Positions 1-8,476 of a stretch of 64,000 nt of DNA are shown piece after piece; position 1 is the stretch's first letter, and each line of letters starts with the position of its first letter. The position numbers were made by a program, and so were the translations under genes. Source of the stretch: Alphaproteobacteria bacterium (lineage in GTDB: Bacteria > Pseudomonadota > Alphaproteobacteria > MPNO01 > UBA830); the NCBI GenBank assembly GCA_964291215.2, contig OZ219790.1:704001-768000 (forward strand), in the 5' to 3' direction. The notes below the pieces were generated by a model that had not been told where the DNA came from, did no database searches, and saw only the letters and a list, made by a program, of their open reading frames with translations.

Positions 1-595
1 AGCGCGCATCCAGGATCAGGTATTTCATCAGGGGCCGGTTGCGCGGCGAGTTCTTCATCGAGCAACCTGGTGGCCCGGCTGACCTGAGAAGAGGACAGGC
101 TCCCGAACTCGCGCATTACATCTTCGGCTTGCCGCGTGGAAACACCCTTGATGTACATCTCGGCTACGGCCACGGCGCGAGAAGATCGCTGGCCGCGTTC
201 AAGCGACTGGGGGGGGGTCGTCCCCGTGACCGGCCGTCTTTGGTACCTGAACGGTAACAGTGGGGGTGTCGATCCGCTTGTAGCCGTTGGCATAGCCCTG
301 TCGCTCCGGTGGCCGGTGGCCCGCTTTCAAGTGCTGCTCGCGCTCGATTTGCATCGCAAGCTCGAAGAGCTGACCAAAGACCCGCCCCAGATCCGTTGCT
401 CCGTTTGCGATCAGATGTTCCAAAACGGCCTCAATCGTCGTAGTGTGTCGCAGCTCCATTCGCTTCCTCCATGAATGTTTTTCAACTCCATGGGATAGCA
501 CGATGGCGCCGCGTTTCACTGGGGGGCTAGCCCCCCAGTGAAACGCCTCAAAGCGCAAACCTCAGACAAATTTCCAGACATCAAGTTACAGTACC
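1..595 (-). mobile_element. IS256-family element, copy 1 (left end and 5' part of transposase; continues off the window edge), decayed
   Basis: Reverse complement of 1261-1850. The end GGTACTGTAACTTGATGTCTGGAAATT lies at 595. Translation gives ...ERQGYANGYKRIDTP...EMYIKGVSTR, typical of the IS256/Mutator N-terminus. Frameshifted. Confidence 0.92.
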
Positions 596-1260
596 CTGTA
601 AAAAAACCAGTCGCACGTAGTGCAGGTAAACGTTCGCCAGGCAGGGGCTGCGCCCTGCGGCGAACCAGCACCGGTGTCGCTCCATGACGCCAGCGTCACT
701 TGATGATCAGACCCCCCGATCCGTCTCTCGAGCATCGCGACCAGGTGGTCGCGGTTGTCGAAGAACCCGCGGGCGTCAACGATTCAGTTGACCTTCCGCC
801 GTTCCACCGTGACTGCATCGAGCGCGTTGTGCGTCCCGGCCGGAAACCATAACTGAACCCGAGGAACTCCGTCTCGCGGTACCAGAATCGTGTCCGTCAC
901 TGCCCACTGAAGAATCTTGTCCGAGGCAAGCGGTCGTTGCCCTCCATCCTCTTTGGGTATGTATACCCGACGGAGGCGCCCGCCCCTGTGCACACGGCAG
1001 GTCGACCAGTTCCACACCTTCCGCATACGCGTGCCACGTAACTCCGTCCACGCCCGCTGCCGCGTCCTTTCTCAAGGAGTGAAACGCCGCGTGCAGGACA
1101 TCACGTGGTGGAGCAACGTCACAAGACGCTCTTCCGGATTCCTCTTCGCAACTTGTCGTATGCGCCGCCTGTGACCCCCGCTTCTGCGCGCGGCGCGGGC
1201 CAACCGCATTTCCCTTCCCTCCAGCAGCTCCGCAGGCTCCGAGGAACCCTTTTTTTGTTC
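596..1260 (-). pseudogene. Group II intron reverse transcriptase/maturase fragment (RT0-RT4) plus upstream intron RNA, decayed
   Basis: Minus-strand frames give LLHHV..LRKDAAAGVDGVTW, RRVYIPKEDGGQRPL..DKILQ, HNALDAV..RKVN*IVDA-RGFFD, GSPQGA..LANVYLHYV. Contains many small deletions and a stop, and is cut by IS256 at 595. Confidence 0.88.
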
Positions 1261-1309
1261 GGTACTGTAACTTGATGTCTGGAAATTTGTCTGAGGTTTG
1301 CGCTTTGAG

Positions 1310-1345
1310 GCGTTTCACTGGGGGGCTAGCCCCCCAGTGAAACGC
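1310..1345. repeat. Perfect 36-bp palindrome inside the IS256 left end (also at 511-546)
   Basis: GCGTTTCACTGGGGGGCTAGCCCCCCAGTGAAACGC is its own reverse complement. Confidence 0.95.
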
Positions 1346-1995
1346 GGCGCCATCGTGCTATCCCATGGAGTTGGAAAAATTCATGGAGGAAGCGAATGGA
1401 CCTGCGACACACTACGACGATTGAGGCCGTTTGGGAACATCTGATCGCAAACGTAGCAACGGATCTGAGGCGGATTTTTGGTCAGCTCTTCGAGCTTGCG
1501 ATGCAAATCGAGCGCGAGCAGCACTTGAAAGCGGGCCACTACGAACGGACACCGGAACGACAGGGCTATGCCAACGGCTATAAGCCCAAACGGATCGACA
1601 CCCCCACTGTTACCGTTCAGGTGCCAAACGGTCACGGGGACGCCCCCCAGTCGCTTGAACGCGGCCAGCGATCTTCTCGCGCCGTGGCCGTAGCCGAGAT
1701 GTACATCAAAGGTGTTTCCACGCGGCAGGATGTAATGCGCGAGTTCGGGAGCCTGTCCTCTTCTCAGGTCAGCCGGGCCACCAGGTTGCTCGATGAAGAA
1801 CTCGCCGCGCAACCGGCCCCTGATGAAATACCTGATCCTGGATGCGCGCTACGAAAAAGCCCGCCATGACGGCGTTGTGCGCGATGTCGCAGTACTCTCG
1901 GCCATCGGAATAGGGGCTGCAGGCACGTTCTGGGGCTCTCTGTGGCGCTCTCCGAGGCCGAGGTCCATTGGAGAGCCTTCCTGGAAAGCTTGCTA

Positions 1996-3148
1996 GTCAC
2001 CTGAATCTAAAGTTCGTGGCATAAGTTTTGTTCGACGCGGAGACAGAAGCGCTTGACGGCGGCGAGGATTTCGTCGGCTGATTTGGTCCACTTGAAGGGC
2101 TTGGGATTTTCGTTGTGGGTTTCGATGAAGGCCCGGATGTCGGTTTCGAGTTGCAGGGTCGAGCGGTGGACGCCACGCTGCAACTGCTTGCGGGTCAGTT
2201 CGGCGAACCAGCGCTCGACCTGATTGAGCCACGAGGCGGATGTCAGCGTGAAGTGGACATGCCAGTGCGGCCGCCGTGCCAGCCAGACCGCCGCGGTTTT
2301 GTGGGTGGCATAGTTGTCCATGACGATGTGGATGTCGAGGCCGTCCGGGACATTGCAGTCGATCACCTTGAGGAAGTCGAGGAACTCCTTGGCCCGGTGG
2401 CGTCTGTTGCCGATGACCGCGCCGGTGGCGATGTCCAGCGCGGCGAACAGCGAGGTCGTTCCGTTGCGCTTGTAGTCATGGGTGCGCCGCTCAGGGATGC
2501 CGGGCAGCAGGACCGGCTGGGTGCGGGCCTGGCTCTTTTCGTCGACGCAGAGTACCAGCGCGCGATCCGGCAGCGAGAGGTAGAGGCCGACGATGTCGCG
2601 GACCTTGTCGACGAAGTGCGGATCACGAGAGAGCTTGAACGTCTCGGCCCGGTGCGGCTGCAGGCCGAAGGCGCCCCAGATGCGCCAGATCGACGTGTGC
2701 GACAGCCCCGCCTCCTTCGCCATCGAGCGCAGCGACCAGTGGGTCGCGTCCGCAGGCGTCGAGGTGAGCGTGCGCTCGATCACTTCCGCCACCTTCTCGT
2801 CTGCGATGCTCCGCGGGCGTCCCGGCCGGGGCTCGTCCGAAAGCCCCTCGATGCGGTCCTTGACAAAGCGCTTGCGCCACTTGCCGACGGTGTGCTCGTG
2901 CACGCCGATCTCTGCGGCCACCGCCTTGTTGCCAAGCCCGTCCGCGCAGCGCAGGATTATGCGGCAGCGATCCGACAGCGAGCGCGCCACACGGTGGCGG
3001 CGAACCTGCGCCTCCAGATACGACCGTTCCGAATTACTCAAGACCAGCACCGCCAAGGGCCGTCCCATACCGCGTGGCATCGCCATGACCTCCGTGTTCA
3101 CACTCCGACCGCCATCATACAATTATACTTACTTCAGTTCCAGATGAC
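1996..3148 (-). mobile_element. IS630-family element, copy A, inserted at CTAG in IS256
   Basis: TIRs GTCACCTGAATCTAAAGT / ACTTCAGTTCCAGATGAC. Flanked by TA (1994-1995) and a mutated CA (3149-3150). Confidence 0.95.
2007..3122 (-). CDS. IS630-family transposase (open frame but with several apparent 2-aa in-frame deletions; probably inactive)
   Basis: [44 protein letters not shown] (DDE). True start is probably nearer 3086. Confidence 0.9.
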   Translation of the reverse strand: MYDGGRSVNTEVMAMPRGMGRPLAVLVLSNSERSYLEAQVRRHRVARSLSDRCRIILRCADGLGNKAVAAEIGVHEHTVGKWRKRFVKDRIEGLSDEPRPGRPRSIADEKVAEVIERTLTSTPADATHWSLRSMAKEAGLSHTSIWRIWGAFGLQPHRAETFKLSRDPHFVDKVRDIVGLYLSLPDRALVLCVDEKSQARTQPVLLPGIPERRTHDYKRNGTTSLFAALDIATGAVIGNRRHRAKEFLDFLKVIDCNVPDGLDIHIVMDNYATHKTAAVWLARRPHWHVHFTLTSASWLNQVERWFAELTRKQLQRGVHRSTLQLETDIRAFIETHNENPKPFKWTKSADEILAAVKRFCLRVEQNLCHEL

Positions 3149-3687
3149 CAGCCCGTGGCCTGCATGGTACGACCTTCATCGTCTCGGATGACCATGCTGG
3201 GCTGAAAGCGGCACGACGCGCGGTGCTGGGCGCGGCGACGTGGCAGCGCTGCCAGTTCCACTTGGCACAAAACGCCGTAGCACGCACCGAACAACGACAT
3301 CAGGAAACGTATTGGAAAACAGCTCGGAGCCATGCGTCCTCACTCCAAACCGCCGAGGCTGAACTGGGCGCCCTCGTGGCCAGCTATCGCGACAAGCATC
3401 CAGGCTTCGCAGACTGGCTGGAAAACAATGCGGGGCTCGCTGTCTTCACCTTGCCCGATGCTCACCACAAGCGTATGCGAACCTCGAACGGCATCGAGCG
3501 ACCGATCCAGCAAGAGCTCAAGCGGCGCACCTCCAAAGTCAGGGGCTTTCCGAACCTCGCCTCGTTGGAGCGCCTTTCAACCGCGGTCCTCATCGACGAA
3601 AAATGGGAAACCAAAACCAAGGCATACATCAAATGGGAACAGCTCGATCAGCTTCACGACAATTTCCAGACATCAGGTTGCGTAATC

Positions 3688-3845
3688 GGCACTCCGGTTT
3701 CAAAGCATCTCGTGGCTCAATAGCCTGGCCTGCCGCTCCCCAACGCTTCGCCTCACGACGCATGGTTCACGGAGAAAGTGGTGGTTAGCCTCTCTTCCTA
3801 CCGGGACTTGCACCCGGCCACATTCCACCAGTTTGCCTGGCGCAC
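3688..3845 (-). ncRNA. 5' end (domain I start) of a group II intron, inserted antisense into the IS66 transposase
   Basis: Minus strand begins GTGCGCCAGGC... (GUGYG 5' consensus), followed by GGGTGCAAGTCCCGG, CCATGCGTCGTGAGGCGAAGCG, GCTATTGAGCC and CGGAGTGCC, motifs typical of bacterial group II intron domain I. Same strand as the RT fragment at 596-1260. Confidence 0.75.
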
Positions 3846-4033
3846 CTAATGTCAGCTTCACCAACAATGCCGGAGAACAGAAGATCAGGATGGCAAAGGT
3901 CAAGATCAAAGTGTCCGGATGCTTCCAAACCTCGCTGCACGCCGAGGCCTGGTGCCAATCTAAACTAACTCGTGCCTGCCCAAAAATGCACGACCGCGCG
4001 ATTCTATTGGCGAAATCGTGATATAGAGGGGAC

Positions 4034-5551
4034 GTATCTACTCACCCCTAGTTGGGTTCTGATTGGTCGTAGTGCTCGTTGATGATGTCTGCGGCTTTTC
4101 CGTCGAGGGCGATCTGGGTTGCGACGTGATGATTGTAGCCAAGTGCGGCCATGGAGGTGAGGTAGCTTGAGCCCCGGCACCATGCTTTTGCGTGGAGCGG
4201 AAGCATCCGGACACCTTGAGCTTTGCCATCCTGATCTTCTGTTCTCCGGCATTGTTGGTGAAGCTGACGTCGGGGTTGTCTATGAAGCGCAGGTTTTCGT
4301 GTTTCACGAGACGTTCGTGCAGGTTGTGCGCGTCGGACTTGCGTCCACGTTTTCCTTTCGGCGGCGGCGGAATGTCGGGCAGTTCCTTGGCGCCCTGATG
4401 GTGCGGTAGCGCTTGCGCCCGGCGTCGTTCAGGGTCTTGGATGCGCTCTTGTTGACCTTGTGGCAGGGAGCAGGCTCTTCATCAGTCGCGCCCAGCGGTA
4501 GCCTCGACGACAAAGGTCAGTTCGCGCAGCAGGTGGCTACCGCACAACTGGTGGCTACACTGGTCATAGCCCATATACGAGGCCCAGGACGCCCTTGTAG
4601 CACGGGCCGATCTCTTGCCTCCCGGCTGCGCTTGCGGTGCGGGAACTTGCACGTCAGGGTCCCACGACATGAAGCCACTTACTGTTGATCCGAAATCGTC
4701 GACATCGGGCGTTGCAGGAGGTGCGCCACGGCGGCCTCCTCCCATGACGCATCGTGAAAGCATAGCTGAGGCCTCGGAGAGCTTGATGCCGGAGATCGCC
4801 TGCACGAGCGCGACAGCACGGCGCAGGGACAGCATTTGGGCGACCAGCAGGTTGATGACGAGGGCCTGGATGCCGTACTGCACGGGATGTTGTCGGGGAA
4901 CCGGCCCCGGGCCTTGCACTTCGGGCATTCCTTGATCTCGGCGCGGCGCTCGACGACCTCGAACACGATGTCATAGAGGACGCGGCGCTCCCGATCGACG
5001 GGGCCGTCGATGTCAGCGCCGCAGGCGTCGCAGGCCGCGACCGTCTCCTCGACGATGATCTTGCGCAGGTTGTCGCCCATATGCTGGTTCGGCTTCGGGC
5101 CGTTGCTCCCGGCACGCTCTTGTCCGTCTGTGACGGCGGCAGACCGGAGTTCCGGCTCGTGCGTGGTCTTCTCCAGAAGGACGACGATGATGATGTCGAG
5201 CAGGATGACGAGGACGCGGATGACGGCCTCTTCCGCCACCTTGCCGGCAGCGCCGCGGTCCTGGCCGCTTCGAACTCCTCGCGCGCCGCCCGTCGCCATC
5301 ACCCGGCCTTGCGCTTCATCAGCGCGCCGCCTCCGAGATGCGTTTCCACATACAGATCATGCGGAGGCTGGAGCCCCGGAAGCAGCTGGCACAGCCCGCT
5401 CGTCGCCTTCGATCCAAAGTAGCTCACTGGCGGTCCCCGTCGTTCTCGATTACCACCACTAAACGAATCGGCCTGCAGTGTCAAATCTCCACAAAAACCC
5501 GTTCGTTGCTCTACCCCGACATCAAGCCGGAACCAGGGGGTGAGCAGTTAC
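4034..5551 (-). mobile_element. IS66-family element with decayed transposase (about 4038-5299) and a Dam-like passenger remnant
   Basis: TIRs GTATCTACTCACCCC / GGGGTGAGCAGTTAC. Perfect 8-bp TSD GAGGGGAC (4026-4033, 5552-5559). Transposase pieces VLLEKTT, CDACG..KECPKC, HQLCGSHLLRELTF, FTNNAGEQKIRM. Confidence 0.92.
5303..5427 (-). pseudogene. N-terminal fragment of a D12/Dam-class N6-adenine DNA methyltransferase inside IS66
   Basis: VSYFGSK...PPHDLYVETHLGGGALMKRK matches motif X and the SAM-binding motif I of alpha-group adenine MTases. Truncated after about 41 codons. Confidence 0.75.
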
Positions 5552-6026
5552 GAGGGGACGAAGAATCCCGCTTTGGGGCGGGAATTGACCGATCAGACCG
5601 GGAATCCGCCGGATTTTCGGAAAACTTCGCGAGAATTGCCACGCGAAACGTTATCCGCCCGCAGCTGGAATTGGGCCAGGTTGCGCCGGATTCTCGGTTG
5701 GAAGGGACCTGTGCCGCTGCGAATCGGCAGGCCCCCCTTGGAAACGGGGCACCCGGAGGCCCCGAGAGTGGATCAAACCCGAAATTTCGCCGGAGAGTCA
5801 GCCAAAACGGTCATTTCCGCACGGGCACTAACTCACCTCCATGGCCGCACTCGGCTACAACTCACTCGTCGCCATCCAGATCGCACTCGCCGGAAACGCC
5901 GCCGACATGACCAAAAATGCACAACGCCAAACCCACCTCTACGGAGGGGTGAGCAGACACCCTTGGTCAACACAATTTCTCCCGGAAACGCCGGCGCACT
6001 GGCGACATGATCTCCATTCGACGCGG

Positions 6027-6362
6027 TCAGACGTGAAATGATTCACCGCACCCGCAGCGGCCCTTCTCGTTAGGGTTGTTGAACACGAATCCCGATTGCA
6101 GCTTGTCGACGACATAGTCCATTTCTGTTCCGATCAGGAACATGAGAGCCTTGGAATCGACATAGATCCGCACCCCCTTATCATCGACAACCTCGTCTAG
6201 GGGAGCCTTCTCCGCGGCAAACGCCATCTCGTAAGCCATGCCCGAGCATCCGCCCGTGCGAATTCCGATCCGGAGTCCGTCAGCCGGCTCCGAGCGGGCC
6301 GCCAGAAGGTGCCGGACGCGCTCTGCCGCCGCGTCCGTCAGGGTCATTACCGTGGATGCCAT
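6027..6362 (-). CDS. sufA: A-type Fe-S carrier (IscA/SufA)
   Basis: GGCSG..Y and C-terminal CGCGESF; last gene of the suf cluster. Confidence 0.92.
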   Translation of the reverse strand: MASTVMTLTDAAAERVRHLLAARSEPADGLRIGIRTGGCSGMAYEMAFAAEKAPLDEVVDDKGVRIYVDSKALMFLIGTEMDYVVDKLQSGFVFNNPNEKGRCGCGESFHV

Positions 6363-6414
6363 TCACAACCTCCTGCATTTCAAGCCGCAACACATCACGT
6401 CCCTGTCCGCCCGA

Positions 6415-6783
6415 CTAGAGAAAGCCGAGTTCGAGCCGCGCCGCCTCCGACATCATCTCCGGCGTCCACGGCGGCTCCCAAGTCAGTTCGAGCGAAACCG
6501 CGTCCACGCCATCCACCTCGCCGACGCGGGTCTTGACCTGTTCGGGAAGAATTTCCGCAACCGGACAGTGCGGCGTCGTCAAGGTCATCACGAGATCGAC
6601 CTTGCCGGCGGGTGACACGTCGACATCGTAGATCAACCCCAGTTCGTAGACATTGACCGGAATCTCGGGATCATAGCATTCCCTGATCGCGGCAATGACC
6701 TGCTCCTTCAGCGCCTCTGCATCCGCAGCATCCTCTGCGCGGCCAGCAGCGCCGTCTGGTCCTGCCGGAAACCATTCCATCAT
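6415..6783 (-). CDS. sufT: SUF system Fe-S assembly protein (DUF59/MIP18, SufT)
   Basis: DPEIPVNVYELGLIY, TLTTPHCP, WEPPWT. Confidence 0.9.
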   Translation of the reverse strand: MMEWFPAGPDGAAGRAEDAADAEALKEQVIAAIRECYDPEIPVNVYELGLIYDVDVSPAGKVDLVMTLTTPHCPVAEILPEQVKTRVGEVDGVDAVSLELTWEPPWTPEMMSEAARLELGFL

Positions 6784-6791
6784 CTCGTGCC

Positions 6792-7241
6792 CTACTCCGT
6801 CGTGACTTCTTCGCCGCTACCGTTCAGCGCCGCGCAGAAGGTGTGCCAGGCCAGCGTTGCGCACTTGACGCGGGTTGGAAATTTCCGCACCCCCGAAAGC
6901 GCCGCAAGCTCTCCCAACCCGTCGCCGTCGATGGCGTCCTTGGAGGTGAGACCGGTCACGAACCGAGCCGACACATCGGACGCCTCTGCGACCGTCTTGC
7001 CCTTGAGCGCTTCGGTCATCATCGATGCCGACGCGATCGAGATTGCACAGCCGCGCGCGTCGAAACGGACATCGGCAATGTTCCCCTCCTCGACCCGTAC
7101 ATGCACCATTACGCGGTCGCCACACAGCGGATTGTTGCCATGCGCCTCTCCGGTCGCATCCTTGAGCACGCCGCTGTTGCGTGGCGAGCGGTTGTGTTCG
7201 AGGATAATCTCCTGATAGAGGTCCTGGAGATCTGCATTCAT
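6792..7241 (-). CDS. sufU: SUF system NifU-family protein SufU
   Basis: LYQEIILEH, NPLCGD, GCAISIASAS, RVKCATL. Confidence 0.92.
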   Translation of the reverse strand: MNADLQDLYQEIILEHNRSPRNSGVLKDATGEAHGNNPLCGDRVMVHVRVEEGNIADVRFDARGCAISIASASMMTEALKGKTVAEASDVSARFVTGLTSKDAIDGDGLGELAALSGVRKFPTRVKCATLAWHTFCAALNGSGEEVTTE

Positions 7242-8476
7242 GAGAACATCTCCGTAACTCGGCTTATGCCGCGAACCAGAGTGTCAATCTCGGCACGCGT
7301 ATTGTAGAGGCCGAACGATGCGCGGACCGTCGCCGCCACGCCGAACCGGTCCATAAGCGGCTGGGCGCAGTGGTGGCCGGTCCGCACCGCGATACCCTCG
7401 CAATCGAGAATGGTCCCGACATCGTGCGGATGAATGTCGCGCACGTTGAAGGACACAATCGCAGCCCTGTCGGCCGGCGTTCCGACGAGCTCGACGGAGT
7501 TCAGCGCGGAAAGCTGTTCCGTGGCGTACTCGACCAGGTCGCTCTCGTGATCCGCCACAGCCTCTTGGCTGAGCTTGTTCAGGTACTCGATCGCGGCCCC
7601 GAGCCCGATCGCACCCGAGATGTCCGGCGTTCCGGCCTCGAACTTGAACGGCAGATCGGCATATGTCGTCCCCTCAAAGGTCACGCGATCAATCATCTCG
7701 CCACCGGACTGGTAGGGCGGCATGGCGCGGAGAAGCTCCTCCTTGCCGTAGAGCAACCCGATCCCGCTCGGACCATAGAGCTTGTGGCCCGAAAAAACAT
7801 AGAAGTCGGCATCAAGAGCACGCACGTCGATGGCCATGTGCGGCGCTGCCTGACAGCCGTCGATCAGCGCCAGGGCACCCGCATCGTGTGCGCTGCGAAT
7901 CACCCTGTCGACCGGAACCACCGTGCCGAGAGCATTCGAGACATGGGTCAACGCGACCATCCGCGTGCACGGAGACAGAAGGCTCTCGTATTCCTCGAAC
8001 AGGAAATTACCGCAGTCGTCGATGGGGGCAACCTTGATCACGGCACCAGTTTGCTCGGCAATGATCTGCCACGGCACGATATTCGAGTGGTGCTCCAGAA
8101 CGGAGAGAATAATCTCATCGCCCGCGACAAGATTGGCGCGTCCCCACGTAGCCGCTACCAAGTTGATGCCCTCGGTCGCTCCGCGAACGAAGATCATTTC
8201 TGAGGCGCTTGCCGCGTTGACAAAGGCCCGCGCCGTCTCGCGCGCCTCCTCCATCGCGTTGGTGGCCAACTGGCTCATGGTGTGGACACCTCGATGCACG
8301 TTGGCATAGGCCGCCTTGTAGGTTTCCGACACCTTCTCGATCACCGCCGACGGTTTCTGGGCGCTGGCACCGTTATCGAGATAGACGAGTGGCTTTCCGT
8401 GAACCTGCTGCGCCAGAATCGGAAAATCCCTGCGGACATCCTCGATCGGATAGGCGCCGTTGCCGGGACCGTTCAT
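7238..8476 (-). CDS. sufS: Cysteine desulfurase SufS
   Basis: YLDNGASAQKP, FSGHKLYGP, RTGHHCAQP. Start chosen at the ATGA overlap with the sufD stop. Confidence 0.96.
   Translation of the reverse strand: MNGPGNGAYPIEDVRRDFPILAQQVHGKPLVYLDNGASAQKPSAVIEKVSETYKAAYANVHRGVHTMSQLATNAMEEARETARAFVNAASASEMIFVRGATEGINLVAATWGRANLVAGDEIILSVLEHHSNIVPWQIIAEQTGAVIKVAPIDDCGNFLFEEYESLLSPCTRMVALTHVSNALGTVVPVDRVIRSAHDAGALALIDGCQAAPHMAIDVRALDADFYVFSGHKLYGPSGIGLLYGKEELLRAMPPYQSGGEMIDRVTFEGTTYADLPFKFEAGTPDISGAIGLGAAIEYLNKLSQEAVADHESDLVEYATEQLSALNSVELVGTPADRAAIVSFNVRDIHPHDVGTILDCEGIAVRTGHHCAQPLMDRFGVAATVRASFGLYNTRAEIDTLVRGISRVTEMFS

Larger units (their letters stand above)
1261..3687 (+). mobile_element. IS256-family element, copy 2, interrupted by IS630; transposase pseudogene about 1396-3690
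   Basis: Imperfect TIRs GGTACTGTAACTTGATGTCTGGAAATT (1261) and AATTTCCAGACATCAGGTTGCGTAATC (3661-3687). Motifs YLILDARYEK, VSDDHAGL, WQRCQFH, RTSNGIER. The frame LESLL|ARGL rejoins across the IS630. No TSD visible. Confidence 0.93.
3972..5828. mobile_element. Putative non-autonomous element/MITE (about 331 bp without the nested IS66)
   Basis: 6-bp direct repeat TAACTC at 3966-3971 and 5829-5834. Ends GTGCCTGCCCAAAAATG / CATTTCCGCACGGGCAC form an imperfect IR. Removing it restores IS66 continuity. Confidence 0.72.
3846..5960 (+). mobile_element. IS66-family (single-ORF type) element, 3' part; its own sequence is 3846-3971 and 5835-5960, split by nested insertions
   Basis: NVSFTNNAGEQKIRMAKVKIKVSGCFQTSLHAEAWC continues after 5834 as TSMAALGYN..VAIQIALAGNAADM. 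The right end GGGGTGAGCAGACAC finishes at 5960. Confidence 0.85.

Noticed and set aside
596-1260. RT as a retron, DGR or defence-associated RT
   Set aside because: The RT0 motif (AAGVDGVTW) and a GUGCG-starting intron 5' segment on the same strand indicate a group II intron.
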